From NCBI RefSeq assembly GCF_013149785.1, contig NZ_JABEZU010000002.1:868001-932000 (forward strand): a stretch of DNA of 64,000 bases. Reading direction: 5' to 3'. Below are positions 36,351 to 45,722 of the stretch, piece by piece. Within the stretch, counting starts at the first letter, position 1; each line of letters opens with the position of its first letter. This DNA is from Isoptericola halotolerans. GTDB taxonomy: Bacteria > Actinomycetota > Actinomycetes > Actinomycetales > Cellulomonadaceae. A program made the position numbers and the translations under genes. A model generated the notes under the pieces. The model did not search any database, was not told the DNA's origin, and saw only the letters and a program-made list of their open reading frames with translations.

Positions 36351-38597
36351 ATGACGATCGCCCCCGAGTCCCGCCCCACCCTGCCGCTCACCGTCGGGCC
36401 GCACTACGCCCGCGGCAAGCGGGCCGCCGCGACCTGCCGTTACAAGTGCGCCGACGCGTGCGCCCACCCCGCGCCGAACACGAGCGCCAACGAGTACTTC
36501 CGCGACGTCGCCTCCCGTGCCCTGAGCCGGCGCGTCATGCTCGGCGGCATGGCCGCGGCCGCGGCCGTCGTGGTGGTCGGCGCCGAGGTGGTCGGCGCCC
36601 AGCCGGCCGCCGCGACCGCCGCCGGCAAGCCCGGCGGCAAGGGACTCGCCTTCGGGGCGATCGAGCCGCAGCCGATGACCGTCGACGACCTCGTCGTCCC
36701 CGCCGGCTACGAGTGGTCGGCCATCGTCCGCTGGGGCGACCCGATCCTGCCCGGCGGCCGGGCGTTCGACGCCTCGGCGCAGACTCCGGAGCGTCAGGCC
36801 AAGCAGTTCGGCTACAACTGCGACTACCTCGACATCCTGCCCGACGACCCGAAGCACATCACCTCCATGGTCGAGACGCGGCGGGGCAAGCGCGGGCTCC
36901 TCGTGGCCAACCACGAGTACACCAACCCGGGCATCATGTTCGACGGCTCCTACGACGCTGCCACCCGGCGCGCGATCGAGCGGGCCGCCCACGGCATGTC
37001 CGTGGTCGAGCTGACCCGCGCCAAGGAGGGCACCCCCTGGGAGTACTCCCGGATCGCCCCGCGCAACCGGCGCATCCACATGGACACCGAGTTCGTCATC
37101 GACGGCCCGGCCGCCGGGCACGACCTGATGAAGACCGTCGAGGACCCCACCGGGACCCGGGTGCGCGGCACCCTCAACAACTGCGCCGGCGGCACCACGC
37201 CGTGGGGCACCGTGCTCTCGGGCGAGGAGAACTTCCACGGCTACCTGCGTGTCGACGGCGCCGACCCGCGCGATGCGCGCTACGGCCTGCGCAACGCCGC
37301 CACGGGGTACGGCTGGGAGAACGACGACCCGCGGTTCGACGGCAACAACGCCGGCTACGAGAACGAGAACCACCGTTTCGGCTGGATGGTCGAGCTCGAC
37401 CCGTACGACCCCGACGCCGCACCCGTGAAGCACACCGCGATGGGCCGGTTCAAGCACGAGGGTGCGAACGTCATCCTCGCGAAGAACAAGCGGGTCGTGG
37501 CGTACATGGGCGACGACGAGCGGTTCGACTACGTGTACAAGTTCGTCTCGAAGCACGCGATGCGACCCGGCAACAGCGCCAAGGCCCGTGCCTTCAACAA
37601 GACGCTGCTCAGCGAGGGCGACCTCTACGTCGCACGGTTCGACGGCAACTCGCCCGGCGAGATCGACGGCTCCGGGGCGCTGCCCAGCGACGGCGCGTTC
37701 GACGGCACCGGCGAGTGGCTCCCGCTCGTGCTCGACGGCGAGTCCCAGGTCGAGGGCATGTCCCTGGCGGAGGTCCTCGTCTTCACCCGCCTGGCGGCCG
37801 ACGCCGTCGGCGCCACCAAGATGGACCGCCCCGAGGACGTCGAGCCGAACCCGTTCACCGGTCACGTCTACGTCGCCTGCACCAACAACTCGAACCGCGG
37901 GACGGGCAGCAACGCGCCCGCCGACGAGGCGAACCCCCGTAGCTCGAACCGCCACGGCCACATCGTGGAGATGATCGAGGACGGCGGCGACCAGACCGCG
38001 ACCACGTTCACCTGGAACCTGCTCATCGTGTGCGGGGACCCCGAGGTCGACGACACCACCTACTTCTCCGGCTTCCCGGCGGACAAGGTCTCGCCGATCT
38101 CGTGCCCGGACAACGTCGCCTTCGACACCGACGGCAACCTGTGGATCTCGACCGACGGCCAGCCGTCGTCGATCCAGAAGTGCGACGGCCTGTTCAAGGT
38201 CACGCTCGACGGGCGGCAGCGGGGGCGCGTCGAGCAGTTCCTGTCCGTGCCCCGTAGCGCCGAGACCTGCGGGCCGCTCGTGGACGTCCGCGACTCCATG
38301 GCCTACGTCAACGTCCAGCACCCCGGCGACGACGGCTCGTTCGCCGCGCAGACCTCCTACTTCCCGGACTACCTCGGCGCGGACGAGGAGGTGCCCGCCG
38401 GTGCCTGGCGCGGTCCGCGTCCCTCGACCGTCCAGGTGTTCCCGGCCGGTGCCGGGGAGAAGCCCGGCAAGGGGAAGGGCAAGGGCGGCAGGCACGACGG
38501 CCCCGGGCCCTTCCCTCCTGGTCGGGGTGGCCGGGGCAAGGGGTCGAAGAACCGCAGCTCGTTCCGTCCCGGGCCGGGGGAGCAGTTCCGCGGCTGA
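36351..38597 (+). CDS. phoX: PhoX-family alkaline phosphatase, Tat-exported
   Basis: LSRRVML twin arginine, FGYNCD, NHEY, GTLNNCAGG.TPWGT.LSGEENF, GRFKHE, MDRPED, CPDN, NVQHPG. Confidence 0.93.
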   Translation: MTIAPESRPTLPLTVGPHYARGKRAAATCRYKCADACAHPAPNTSANEYFRDVASRALSRRVMLGGMAAAAAVVVVGAEVVGAQPAAATAAGKPGGKGLAFGAIEPQPMTVDDLVVPAGYEWSAIVRWGDPILPGGRAFDASAQTPERQAKQFGYNCDYLDILPDDPKHITSMVETRRGKRGLLVANHEYTNPGIMFDGSYDAATRRAIERAAHGMSVVELTRAKEGTPWEYSRIAPRNRRIHMDTEFVIDGPAAGHDLMKTVEDPTGTRVRGTLNNCAGGTTPWGTVLSGEENFHGYLRVDGADPRDARYGLRNAATGYGWENDDPRFDGNNAGYENENHRFGWMVELDPYDPDAAPVKHTAMGRFKHEGANVILAKNKRVVAYMGDDERFDYVYKFVSKHAMRPGNSAKARAFNKTLLSEGDLYVARFDGNSPGEIDGSGALPSDGAFDGTGEWLPLVLDGESQVEGMSLAEVLVFTRLAADAVGATKMDRPEDVEPNPFTGHVYVACTNNSNRGTGSNAPADEANPRSSNRHGHIVEMIEDGGDQTATTFTWNLLIVCGDPEVDDTTYFSGFPADKVSPISCPDNVAFDTDGNLWISTDGQPSSIQKCDGLFKVTLDGRQRGRVEQFLSVPRSAETCGPLVDVRDSMAYVNVQHPGDDGSFAAQTSYFPDYLGADEEVPAGAWRGPRPSTVQVFPAGAGEKPGKGKGKGGRHDGPGPFPPGRGGRGKGSKNRSSFRPGPGEQFRG

Positions 38598-38623
38598 CCC
38601 CCGCGAGTCAGCGAGTCCCCAGC

Positions 38624-38658
38624 AGGTAGCGCACGGCCTGGTGCGCCGTGCGCTACCT
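38624..38658 (+). terminator. Hairpin after phoX
   Basis: 14-bp stem AGGTAGCGCACGGC / GCCGTGCGCTACCT. Confidence 0.7.
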
Positions 38659-38707
38659 CGCACCGCCGCTGGGATGAGAACGGACCTCCACGGGGTTCGT
38701 AGACTTG

Positions 38708-39949
38708 ATGACCGTGACAACCACCGAGGCGCCCGGCGCCTACCTCGACCACGCCGCCACGACACCCATGTCGCCGGCGGCGCTCGAGGCGTTCGTCGCC
38801 GAGGCGGGCCGGACGGGCAACGCCTCGTCCCTGCACTCCGCGGGCCGGGCCGCCCGTCGGGTGGTGGAGGAGTCCCGCGAGTCCGCCGCCGCCGCGCTCG
38901 GCGCGCGCCCCAGCGAGGTGATCTTCACCGGGGGCGGGACCGAGGCGGACAACCTCGCGATCAAGGGGATCTTCTGGGGACGGCGGTCCCAGGACCCGCG
39001 GAGGCGGCGCGTGCTGGTCTCGGCGGTCGAGCACCACGCGGTGCTCGACCCGGCGTTCTGGCTCGCCGGTCACGCGGGTGCGGACATCACGCTGCTGCCC
39101 GTCGACGGCGAGGGGCGCCTCGACCTCGACGCGCTGACCGACGAGCTCGCCGCCCACGGCGACGAGATCGCCCTCGTCTCGGTCATGTGGGCCAACAACG
39201 AGGTCGGGACGCTGCAGCCCGTGCGTGAGGTCGCGCGGATCGCCCACCGGCACGGAGTCCCGGTGCACACCGATGCCGTGCAGGCCGTCGGGCAGGTGGA
39301 GGTCGACTTCGCGGCGTCCGGCGTCGACGCCCTGACCGTCACGGGCCACAAGCTGGGCGGGCCCGTCGGCGTCGGTGCGCTGCTCGCCCGGCGCGACCTG
39401 CCCCTGGAGGCCGTCTCGCACGGCGGCGGGCAGGAGCGCGGCGTGCGCTCCGGGACCCTGGACGTCGCGGCGATCCGCTCCTTCGCCGTCGCGCTCCGCG
39501 AGGCCGTCGACGCACGCGGGGAGCGGGCGACCGCGCTGGCCGACCTGCGTGACGTCCTCGTCGCCGGTGTGCGGCGCGTCGTTCCCGACGCCGTCCTGCG
39601 AGGGCCCGCCCCGGATGCGACGACGCCGTCCGGCGACATGGCCCGGCTGCCTGCCAACGCGCACTTCACGTTCCCCGGCGCGGAGGGTGACTCGCTGCTG
39701 TACCTGCTCGACTCGGCCGGGGTGCAGGCCTCGACCGGGTCCGCCTGCCAGGCCGGGGTGCCGCAGCCCAGCCACGTCCTGCTCGCGATGGGCGTCGAGG
39801 AGACGGACGCCCGTGGCGCGCTGCGCTTCTCGCTCGGGGCCTCGTCCACGCGCGACGACGTCGACCGGCTCCTCGAGGCGCTGCCCGGCGTGGCCGAGCG
39901 TGCGCGAGCGGCCGGCCTGGTGTCGACCCGTCCGGGAGGTGTCGCATGA
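38708..39949 (+). CDS. iscS: Cysteine desulfurase (IscS/NifS-like); start could be 38714
   Basis: [44 protein letters not shown]; coupled to mnmA. Confidence 0.92.
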   Translation: MTVTTTEAPGAYLDHAATTPMSPAALEAFVAEAGRTGNASSLHSAGRAARRVVEESRESAAAALGARPSEVIFTGGGTEADNLAIKGIFWGRRSQDPRRRRVLVSAVEHHAVLDPAFWLAGHAGADITLLPVDGEGRLDLDALTDELAAHGDEIALVSVMWANNEVGTLQPVREVARIAHRHGVPVHTDAVQAVGQVEVDFAASGVDALTVTGHKLGGPVGVGALLARRDLPLEAVSHGGGQERGVRSGTLDVAAIRSFAVALREAVDARGERATALADLRDVLVAGVRRVVPDAVLRGPAPDATTPSGDMARLPANAHFTFPGAEGDSLLYLLDSAGVQASTGSACQAGVPQPSHVLLAMGVEETDARGALRFSLGASSTRDDVDRLLEALPGVAERARAAGLVSTRPGGVA

Positions 39950-41094
39950 GGGTGCTCGCCGCCATGTCCGGTGGGGTCGACTCCGCGGTCGCCGCCGCGC
40001 TCGCCGTCGAGGCGGGGCACGACGTCGTCGGGGTCCACATGGCCCTGAGCCGCAACCGGGACCAGTTCCGCACCGGCTCGCGAGGATGCTGCTCGATCGA
40101 GGACGCCGGTGACGCGCGTCGTGCCGCCGACGTCCTCGGCATCCCGTACTACGTCTGGGACCTGTCCGAGACGTTCGAGGAGACGGTCGTCGCGGACTTC
40201 CTGTCCGAGTACTCGGCGGGTCGCACGCCCAACCCGTGCGTGCGCTGCAACGAGCACATCAAGTTCGAGGCGCTCCTCGACAAGGCGACGGCCCTGGGCT
40301 TCGACGCCGTCGCCACCGGGCACTACGCCCGGATCGAGACCCACGAGGCCGATGACGGCACGCGCACGCCCGAGCTGCACCGGTCGCCCAACGACGCGAA
40401 GGACCAGTCGTACGTGCTCGCCGTGATGGGGCGCGAGCGGCTCGCCCGCTCGATGTTCCCCCTGGGCGGGTTCGCCAGCAAGGACGAGGTGCGCGCCGAG
40501 GCGGAGCGCCGGGGGCTGTCGGTCAGCGCGAAGCCGGACTCCTACGACATCTGCTTCGTGGCCGACGGCGACACCCGCGGCTTCCTGCGCTCGCGTCTCG
40601 GTGAGCAGCCGGGCGAGGTGCGGGACACCGACGGCAACGTCGTCGGCGAGCACCAGGGCGCCTACGCGTACACCGTCGGCCAGCGCAAGGGCCTCGGCCT
40701 CGGCAAGCCTGCGCCCGACGGCCGGGCGCGCTACGTGGTGGACGTGGACACCAGCTCCAACACCGTCGTCGTCGGCGCGGCCGAGCTGCTCAGCGTCGAC
40801 CGCATCGCGGGTCAGAAGGCGGTCTGGCTGGCCGCGGCACCGGACGACTGGACCGCCTGCGAGGTGCAGGTCCGGGCGCACGGCCGGGCGGTGCCCGCCC
40901 ACGCACGGGCGGTACCAGGGCCCGACGGCGCCGCGTCGGGCCTGGAGGTCCGGCTCGGCGAGCAGCTGCGCGGGGTCGCGGCAGGGCAGTCGGTCGTCGT
41001 CTATCGCGGGACGCACGTGCTGGGGCAGGCGACCGTGACGCGCGCCTGGCGTGACGCGTCGGCACTGGCCGGCGCGTCGGGCACGGGGTCCTGA
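39946..41094 (+). CDS. mnmA: tRNA-specific 2-thiouridylase
   Basis: [45 protein letters not shown]. Confidence 0.97.
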   Translation: MRVLAAMSGGVDSAVAAALAVEAGHDVVGVHMALSRNRDQFRTGSRGCCSIEDAGDARRAADVLGIPYYVWDLSETFEETVVADFLSEYSAGRTPNPCVRCNEHIKFEALLDKATALGFDAVATGHYARIETHEADDGTRTPELHRSPNDAKDQSYVLAVMGRERLARSMFPLGGFASKDEVRAEAERRGLSVSAKPDSYDICFVADGDTRGFLRSRLGEQPGEVRDTDGNVVGEHQGAYAYTVGQRKGLGLGKPAPDGRARYVVDVDTSSNTVVVGAAELLSVDRIAGQKAVWLAAAPDDWTACEVQVRAHGRAVPAHARAVPGPDGAASGLEVRLGEQLRGVAAGQSVVVYRGTHVLGQATVTRAWRDASALAGASGTGS

Positions 41095-41125
41095 GAACGG
41101 ACGCCCGTCCGCCCACGGGGGAGCG

Positions 41126-41461
41126 GTGGGCCGTGCGTACCTTCGCGAGTGGGACTACGTGGACCAGTTCTGGCACACGCTCGTGCAGGTCGGTCTGGAC
41201 CTGGTGGACGAGGGAGTCGCCGACCCCTTCTTCCTGGACCAGTCGATGCCGATCCGTGCTCGCGTGCCCCGGCGTGAGCCGGAACGGGTCCTCTTCACGG
41301 TGGTGGACACCACGGTACGGGTCGGGCGTCGGGCCTTCCTCCGTCAGCTCGCGGAGCACGCCCTGTGGTTCGACGACCGGCACCGCCGGGTGACCGGAGA
41401 CGTGATGAGCACCTACCGGGCGGACGCGGAGCGGGTGCGCGCGGCAGCAGAGGCATGGTGA
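41126..41461 (+). CDS. Hypothetical protein, possibly 5'-truncated
   Basis: High GC3 coding-like codons (EWDYVDQFWHTLVQ...FFLDQSMPIR); GGGGGAG upstream of GTG 41126. Confidence 0.5.
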   Translation: MGRAYLREWDYVDQFWHTLVQVGLDLVDEGVADPFFLDQSMPIRARVPRREPERVLFTVVDTTVRVGRRAFLRQLAEHALWFDDRHRRVTGDVMSTYRADAERVRAAAEAW

Positions 41462-41584
41462 GGTCCACGCCCTCGCCGCGTAGTCTCCCGGTGTGAGCTA
41501 TTCGAGCAAGGCCCGTCAGGCATCGGCGCACCGCCGGCCCGGCTGCTGGGACGTCGTCGAACCCGTCTTCCGGGTGGGGGAGGC

Positions 41585-42634
41585 ATGACGGCGGTCAGCG
41601 GCCACGGGCCGTGGCCGGGCGGCGAGCGGGAGGAGCTCGAGGCGCAGCAGCAGGTCTTCGGCGACCTCGCGGAGCTGCCGACCGGCGTCGACGCGATCCC
41701 GTTCCTCACCCAGCTCACGGACCGGGGCCCGGGGGCCGCGCCGACCGGGCGCACCGCGACGCTCCTGACCGAGATGCCGGTCGAGCTCGGCCCGCACGGG
41801 TGGAAGCTCACCGACCGCCCAGGGATGGACGAGCGCCGTGCGCGGGCCTTCCTGCGCGAGGACCTGGGCGCTCTCGCGATCGCGGCCCACGGGTATGAGG
41901 GACCTCTGACCGTCGAGGCCACCGGTCCGTGGACCCTCGCCGCCGAGCTGTGGTCGGCTCGCGGGGACCGTGTGCTCGCCGACGTCGGCGCGCGCCGTGA
42001 CCTGGCGTTGGCGCTGGCCTCGGGCCTGGCGGACCACGTCGCCGAGGTGCGCCGCCAGGTGTCGGGTGCTGAGGTCGTCGTGCAGCTCTCCGAGGCTCTC
42101 CTGGGTCAGGTGCATGCCGGTGTGCTGCCCACCTTCTCGGGCTACTCGCGGATCCGCGGCGTGGACGGCCCTGCCGTGGTCGAGGGTCTGCGGCCGGTGA
42201 TCGAGGCCGTGCACGACGCCGGAGCGACCGTGGTCGTGCACCTGGGCGGCACGTGGGTGGGCATCCCGCCGGTGGTGCTGGCCGGGGCCGACGCGATCGG
42301 CCTGGACCTGTCCGCCGTCGGGCCCGAGGGGTGGAACGAGCGGGCGTGGGAGCTCGTCGCCCGCGCGACCGAGCGCGACGTCATGCTCTGGGCGGGGCTG
42401 CCGCCCGCTCGGGTCTCCCAGTGTGCCGGCCCCGCGCTGGGCGAGCTCGTGGGCCTGGTGACGGAGCCGTGGCGCCGTATCGGTCTGCCGGCGGCCGGGC
42501 TGGCCGGGCTCACCCTGCTCGGTGCCATGGCGCCGGGGGGCGGGTCGACCGGTGGGGCGCCGGAGGAGCATCGAGCGTTGCTCGCGAACCTCGGGCGCGT
42601 GGCCGAGGCCGTGACCGAGCGCGCCCACGCCTGA
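41585..42634 (+). CDS. Cobalamin-independent methionine synthase-like protein (URO-D/MetE fold, single barrel)
   Basis: SGHGPWPG, LTDRGPGA, TGPWTLAA, D.GARRDL...LA.GL..HV; usual position between mnmA and ligA in actinobacteria. Confidence 0.75.
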   Translation: MTAVSGHGPWPGGEREELEAQQQVFGDLAELPTGVDAIPFLTQLTDRGPGAAPTGRTATLLTEMPVELGPHGWKLTDRPGMDERRARAFLREDLGALAIAAHGYEGPLTVEATGPWTLAAELWSARGDRVLADVGARRDLALALASGLADHVAEVRRQVSGAEVVVQLSEALLGQVHAGVLPTFSGYSRIRGVDGPAVVEGLRPVIEAVHDAGATVVVHLGGTWVGIPPVVLAGADAIGLDLSAVGPEGWNERAWELVARATERDVMLWAGLPPARVSQCAGPALGELVGLVTEPWRRIGLPAAGLAGLTLLGAMAPGGGSTGGAPEEHRALLANLGRVAEAVTERAHA

Positions 42635-42666
42635 GGCCTGCCTCCTACCACCTGCGACCGTCGTGG

Positions 42667-42730
42667 TTGCCACGTCCCGGCCGGACGGCTAGCGTTGCCG
42701 TCACCCGATCGTCGATGCGCATCGATGATC
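42667..42730 (+). promoter_or_regulatory. Sigma70-type promoter and LacI-type operator
   Basis: TTGCCA-N17-TAGCGT (42667-42695); palindrome GATCGTCGATGCGCATCGATGATC (42707-42730) with perfect 14-bp core. Confidence 0.75.
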
Positions 42731-42760
42731 CGGCGCGGACCGATCCTCGAGGAGGCGACC

Positions 42761-43813
42761 ATGCCCAAGGCTCCGACGAGCGCCGACGTGGCGCGCGAGG
42801 CCGGGGTCTCGCAGTCGACCGTCTCCTACGTGATGAGCGGCAAGCGGCCGATCTCGGAGAAGACCCGCCGCCGTGTCGCCGAGGCCATCGACCGGCTCAC
42901 GTACGAGCCGCACGCGGGAGCCCGCGCCCTGGCGGGGCATCGGACCAGCACCATCGCCGTCGTCATGCCGCTGCGGCAGGCCTCCAGCGCGGAGCGGCTC
43001 ATGATCTTCGTCGAGGAGTTCACCTACGCGGCCCGTCGGCGCGACCACGACGTCCTGCTCGTCACGGCGGACGAGGGCGCCGCCGGACTGCGGCGGGTCG
43101 CCGGGAGGTCGCTGTGCGACGCGATCGTGGTCATGGAGGTCGGCAGCCACGACGCCCGCGTGGAGACCGCGCGAGGCCTGGCGGTCCCGGTCGTGTTCGT
43201 CGGGATCCCCGACGACGGCGAGGGCCTGGACTGCCTGGACTTCGACTTCGAGGGCGCCGGCGAGGTGATCGTGTCCGAGCTCGCCGGGCTGGGGCACCGC
43301 ACCGTCGACGTGATCGGGTGGGGTGAGGACGTCCACGCCCAGGGCTTCAACTACATACCGCGGTTCACGGCGGGCGCCGAGCGCGCCGCGCGGCGGTCGG
43401 ACGTCCGGCTCCGCTGGCACCGTGCGAGCACGGGGGAGGACGTGCGGCGGGCGGTCGACAATGCCCGCGCGGCCTCCGGGGTGCCCGCCCTGGCAGTCGT
43501 GACGGCGATCCCGGAGACCCTGCATGCTCTGTCCGAGCGAAGGTTGCGCCCCGGCCGGGACGTCGACGTCGTCGCCCTCACGACGGGCTTCGTGTCCGAG
43601 GCCGACGGGCTGACGAACGTGTCGACCCGCCCGCGAGACGTCTCGCGCCGGGTCATGGAGCGGGTGTTCGGGCTGATCGACGGCGACCTCGCCACCAGGG
43701 GCGGTGCCGACCTCGTCCCCGCCTCACTGACGCGCGGCGGATCGACACGGTCCCGCCCGGCCGACCGACCGGCAGGGCCGGCGGACAACCACCGAGAGAA
43801 AGAGGCATCATGA
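42761..43813 (+). CDS. LacI-family transcriptional regulator
   Basis: [22 protein letters not shown]...ARALAG; GAGGAGG RBS. Confidence 0.93.
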   Translation: MPKAPTSADVAREAGVSQSTVSYVMSGKRPISEKTRRRVAEAIDRLTYEPHAGARALAGHRTSTIAVVMPLRQASSAERLMIFVEEFTYAARRRDHDVLLVTADEGAAGLRRVAGRSLCDAIVVMEVGSHDARVETARGLAVPVVFVGIPDDGEGLDCLDFDFEGAGEVIVSELAGLGHRTVDVIGWGEDVHAQGFNYIPRFTAGAERAARRSDVRLRWHRASTGEDVRRAVDNARAASGVPALAVVTAIPETLHALSERRLRPGRDVDVVALTTGFVSEADGLTNVSTRPRDVSRRVMERVFGLIDGDLATRGGADLVPASLTRGGSTRSRPADRPAGPADNHREKEAS

Positions 43814-44637
43814 CCGCACCGATCCGCGTCACCGTCTGGGGCGAGAACCGGCACGAGCAGCTCGAGCCCTCGGTGGCCGCGCGCTACCCCGACGGCATGC
43901 ACGGCGCCGTCGCCCAGGGCATCGAGCACCACCTCGGTGACGGCGTGCGCGTGCGCACCGCGACCCTCGACGACCCGGAGCACGGCCTCACCGAGGAGGT
44001 CCTGCGCGACACCGACGTCCTGACGTGGTGGGGGCACGCCGCGCACGGCGAGGTCTCCGACGAGGTGGTCGACCGGGTGCACCGGCACGTGCTGGCGGGC
44101 ATGGGCCTGATCGTGCTGCACTCCGGGCACTGGTCGAAGATCTTCATGAGGCTCATGGGGACCAGCTGCACGCTGCGCTGGCGCGCCGAGCACGACCGCG
44201 AGCTCGTGTGGACGGTCGACCCGACCCACCCGATCGCCCAGGGGATCCCGCACCCGATGATCATCGAGGAGGACGAGATGTACGGGGAGTTCTTCGACGT
44301 CCCCGCTCCCGACGAGACCGTGTTCCTCAGCACCTTCTCCGGCGGCGAGGTCTTCCGCTCCGGGATCACGTACCGCCGTGGCTACGGCAAGATCTTCTAC
44401 TTCCGCCCCGGCGACCAGGAGTACCCCACGTACTTCCACGACGGTGTGCGCCGGGTGATCGCCAACGCCGTGGAGTGGGCCGTCACGGTGCGCCCGGAGC
44501 GCGCCGCGCCCACCCTGCTGCGCTACGACACCGACGACTTCTACCGTGGCCACGGCTACGAGGGTCCGCTCGATCCCGAGGCCGAGGCGGCCCTCGCCGA
44601 GCCTGCGGCCACGACCTCGGACGAGGACGCCCGATGA
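43810..44637 (+). CDS. thuA: ThuA (trehalose utilisation) family protein
   Basis: [53 protein letters not shown]. Confidence 0.88.
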   Translation: MTAPIRVTVWGENRHEQLEPSVAARYPDGMHGAVAQGIEHHLGDGVRVRTATLDDPEHGLTEEVLRDTDVLTWWGHAAHGEVSDEVVDRVHRHVLAGMGLIVLHSGHWSKIFMRLMGTSCTLRWRAEHDRELVWTVDPTHPIAQGIPHPMIIEEDEMYGEFFDVPAPDETVFLSTFSGGEVFRSGITYRRGYGKIFYFRPGDQEYPTYFHDGVRRVIANAVEWAVTVRPERAAPTLLRYDTDDFYRGHGYEGPLDPEAEAALAEPAATTSDEDAR

Positions 44638-45722
44638 CCGTGCCGCTGGTCCTGGTCGGCGCGGGCGGGATGGGACGGGCGTGGCTCGCCGCCATCGAGG
44701 CCGACCCGGGGGCGCAGCTCGCGGGCGTCGTGGACCTCGACGTCGACGCCGCCCGCAGGGCACTCGCCGACGCCGGTCTGCCGGACGTGCCGGTGGGCAC
44801 GGACGTGGTCGACCTGGCCCGGGAGACCGGCGCCCGCGCCGTCGTCGACGTCACCGTCCCGGCGGCCCACCACCCGGTGACGACGGCAGCCCTGTTCGCC
44901 GGCCTGCCGGTGCTGGGGGAGAAGCCGGCTGCGTCGACGGTCGCGCAGACGCTCTCTCTCGTGGCGGCCGCCGAGGTCACGGGCCAGCTGTTCATGGTCA
45001 GCCAGTCGCGGCGGTACAACCACCAGCTCGCGGTCTTCCGGGAGCAGGCGCGGTCGCTGGGAGCGCTCGGGGTGCTGACCACCGAGTTCTTCAGGGCGCC
45101 ACGCTTCGGCGGCTTCCGCGAGCGGATGGCGCACCCGCTGCTGGTGGACATGGCGATCCACCCGTTCGACAGCGCGCGCTACCTCACCGGTGCTGAACCG
45201 GTGTCGGTGTACTGCGAGGCGTTCAACCCGTCCTGGAGCTGGTACGACGGCGCCGCCGCGGCCGGCGCTGTGTTCGAGATGACCGGTGGCCTGCGCTACG
45301 CCTACACGGGGAGCTGGTGCAGCCCTGGTCGGGAGACCTCGTGGAACGGCTCCTGGCGGCTGTCCGGCGAGGGCGGCACCGCGCTGTGGGACGGCGACCA
45401 CGACCCGGTCGTCGAGCACGCCCCCGGCACCGAGCCCGCGGTCGGGGCGGCGGCTGCCCCGGGCGACGGGATCGCCGGGTCGCTGACGTCGTTCCTGGCC
45501 GCGCTCGACGGCGGCCCCACGCCCATGGGCGAGGTGCACGAGAACGTGCTGAGCCTGGCCATGGTGGAGGCCGCCGTGGAGTCCGCGGAGTCCGGCGTGC
45601 GCGTGCGGATCGACGACGTGCTCGACCGTGCCCACGAGCGGGCGCTGGCCGACGAGTCCCGCAGAGAGGTCCGCGTGCAGCTGTCCTCCTGGGGGTCGGC
45701 CCGCACCGCGCTCGGCGTCTAG
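44634..45722 (+). CDS. Gfo/Idh/MocA family oxidoreductase
   Basis: [28 protein letters not shown]. Confidence 0.9.
   Translation: MTVPLVLVGAGGMGRAWLAAIEADPGAQLAGVVDLDVDAARRALADAGLPDVPVGTDVVDLARETGARAVVDVTVPAAHHPVTTAALFAGLPVLGEKPAASTVAQTLSLVAAAEVTGQLFMVSQSRRYNHQLAVFREQARSLGALGVLTTEFFRAPRFGGFRERMAHPLLVDMAIHPFDSARYLTGAEPVSVYCEAFNPSWSWYDGAAAAGAVFEMTGGLRYAYTGSWCSPGRETSWNGSWRLSGEGGTALWDGDHDPVVEHAPGTEPAVGAAAAPGDGIAGSLTSFLAALDGGPTPMGEVHENVLSLAMVEAAVESAESGVRVRIDDVLDRAHERALADESRREVRVQLSSWGSARTALGV

Noticed and set aside
41481..41584. Possible SAM-IV or SAH riboswitch upstream of the MetE-like gene
   Set aside because: Only fragmentary resemblance (CCCGGCTGCTGG, CCGTCAGGC, small hairpin beside the RBS); core consensus elements not found by eye. 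An Infernal/Rfam scan would settle it
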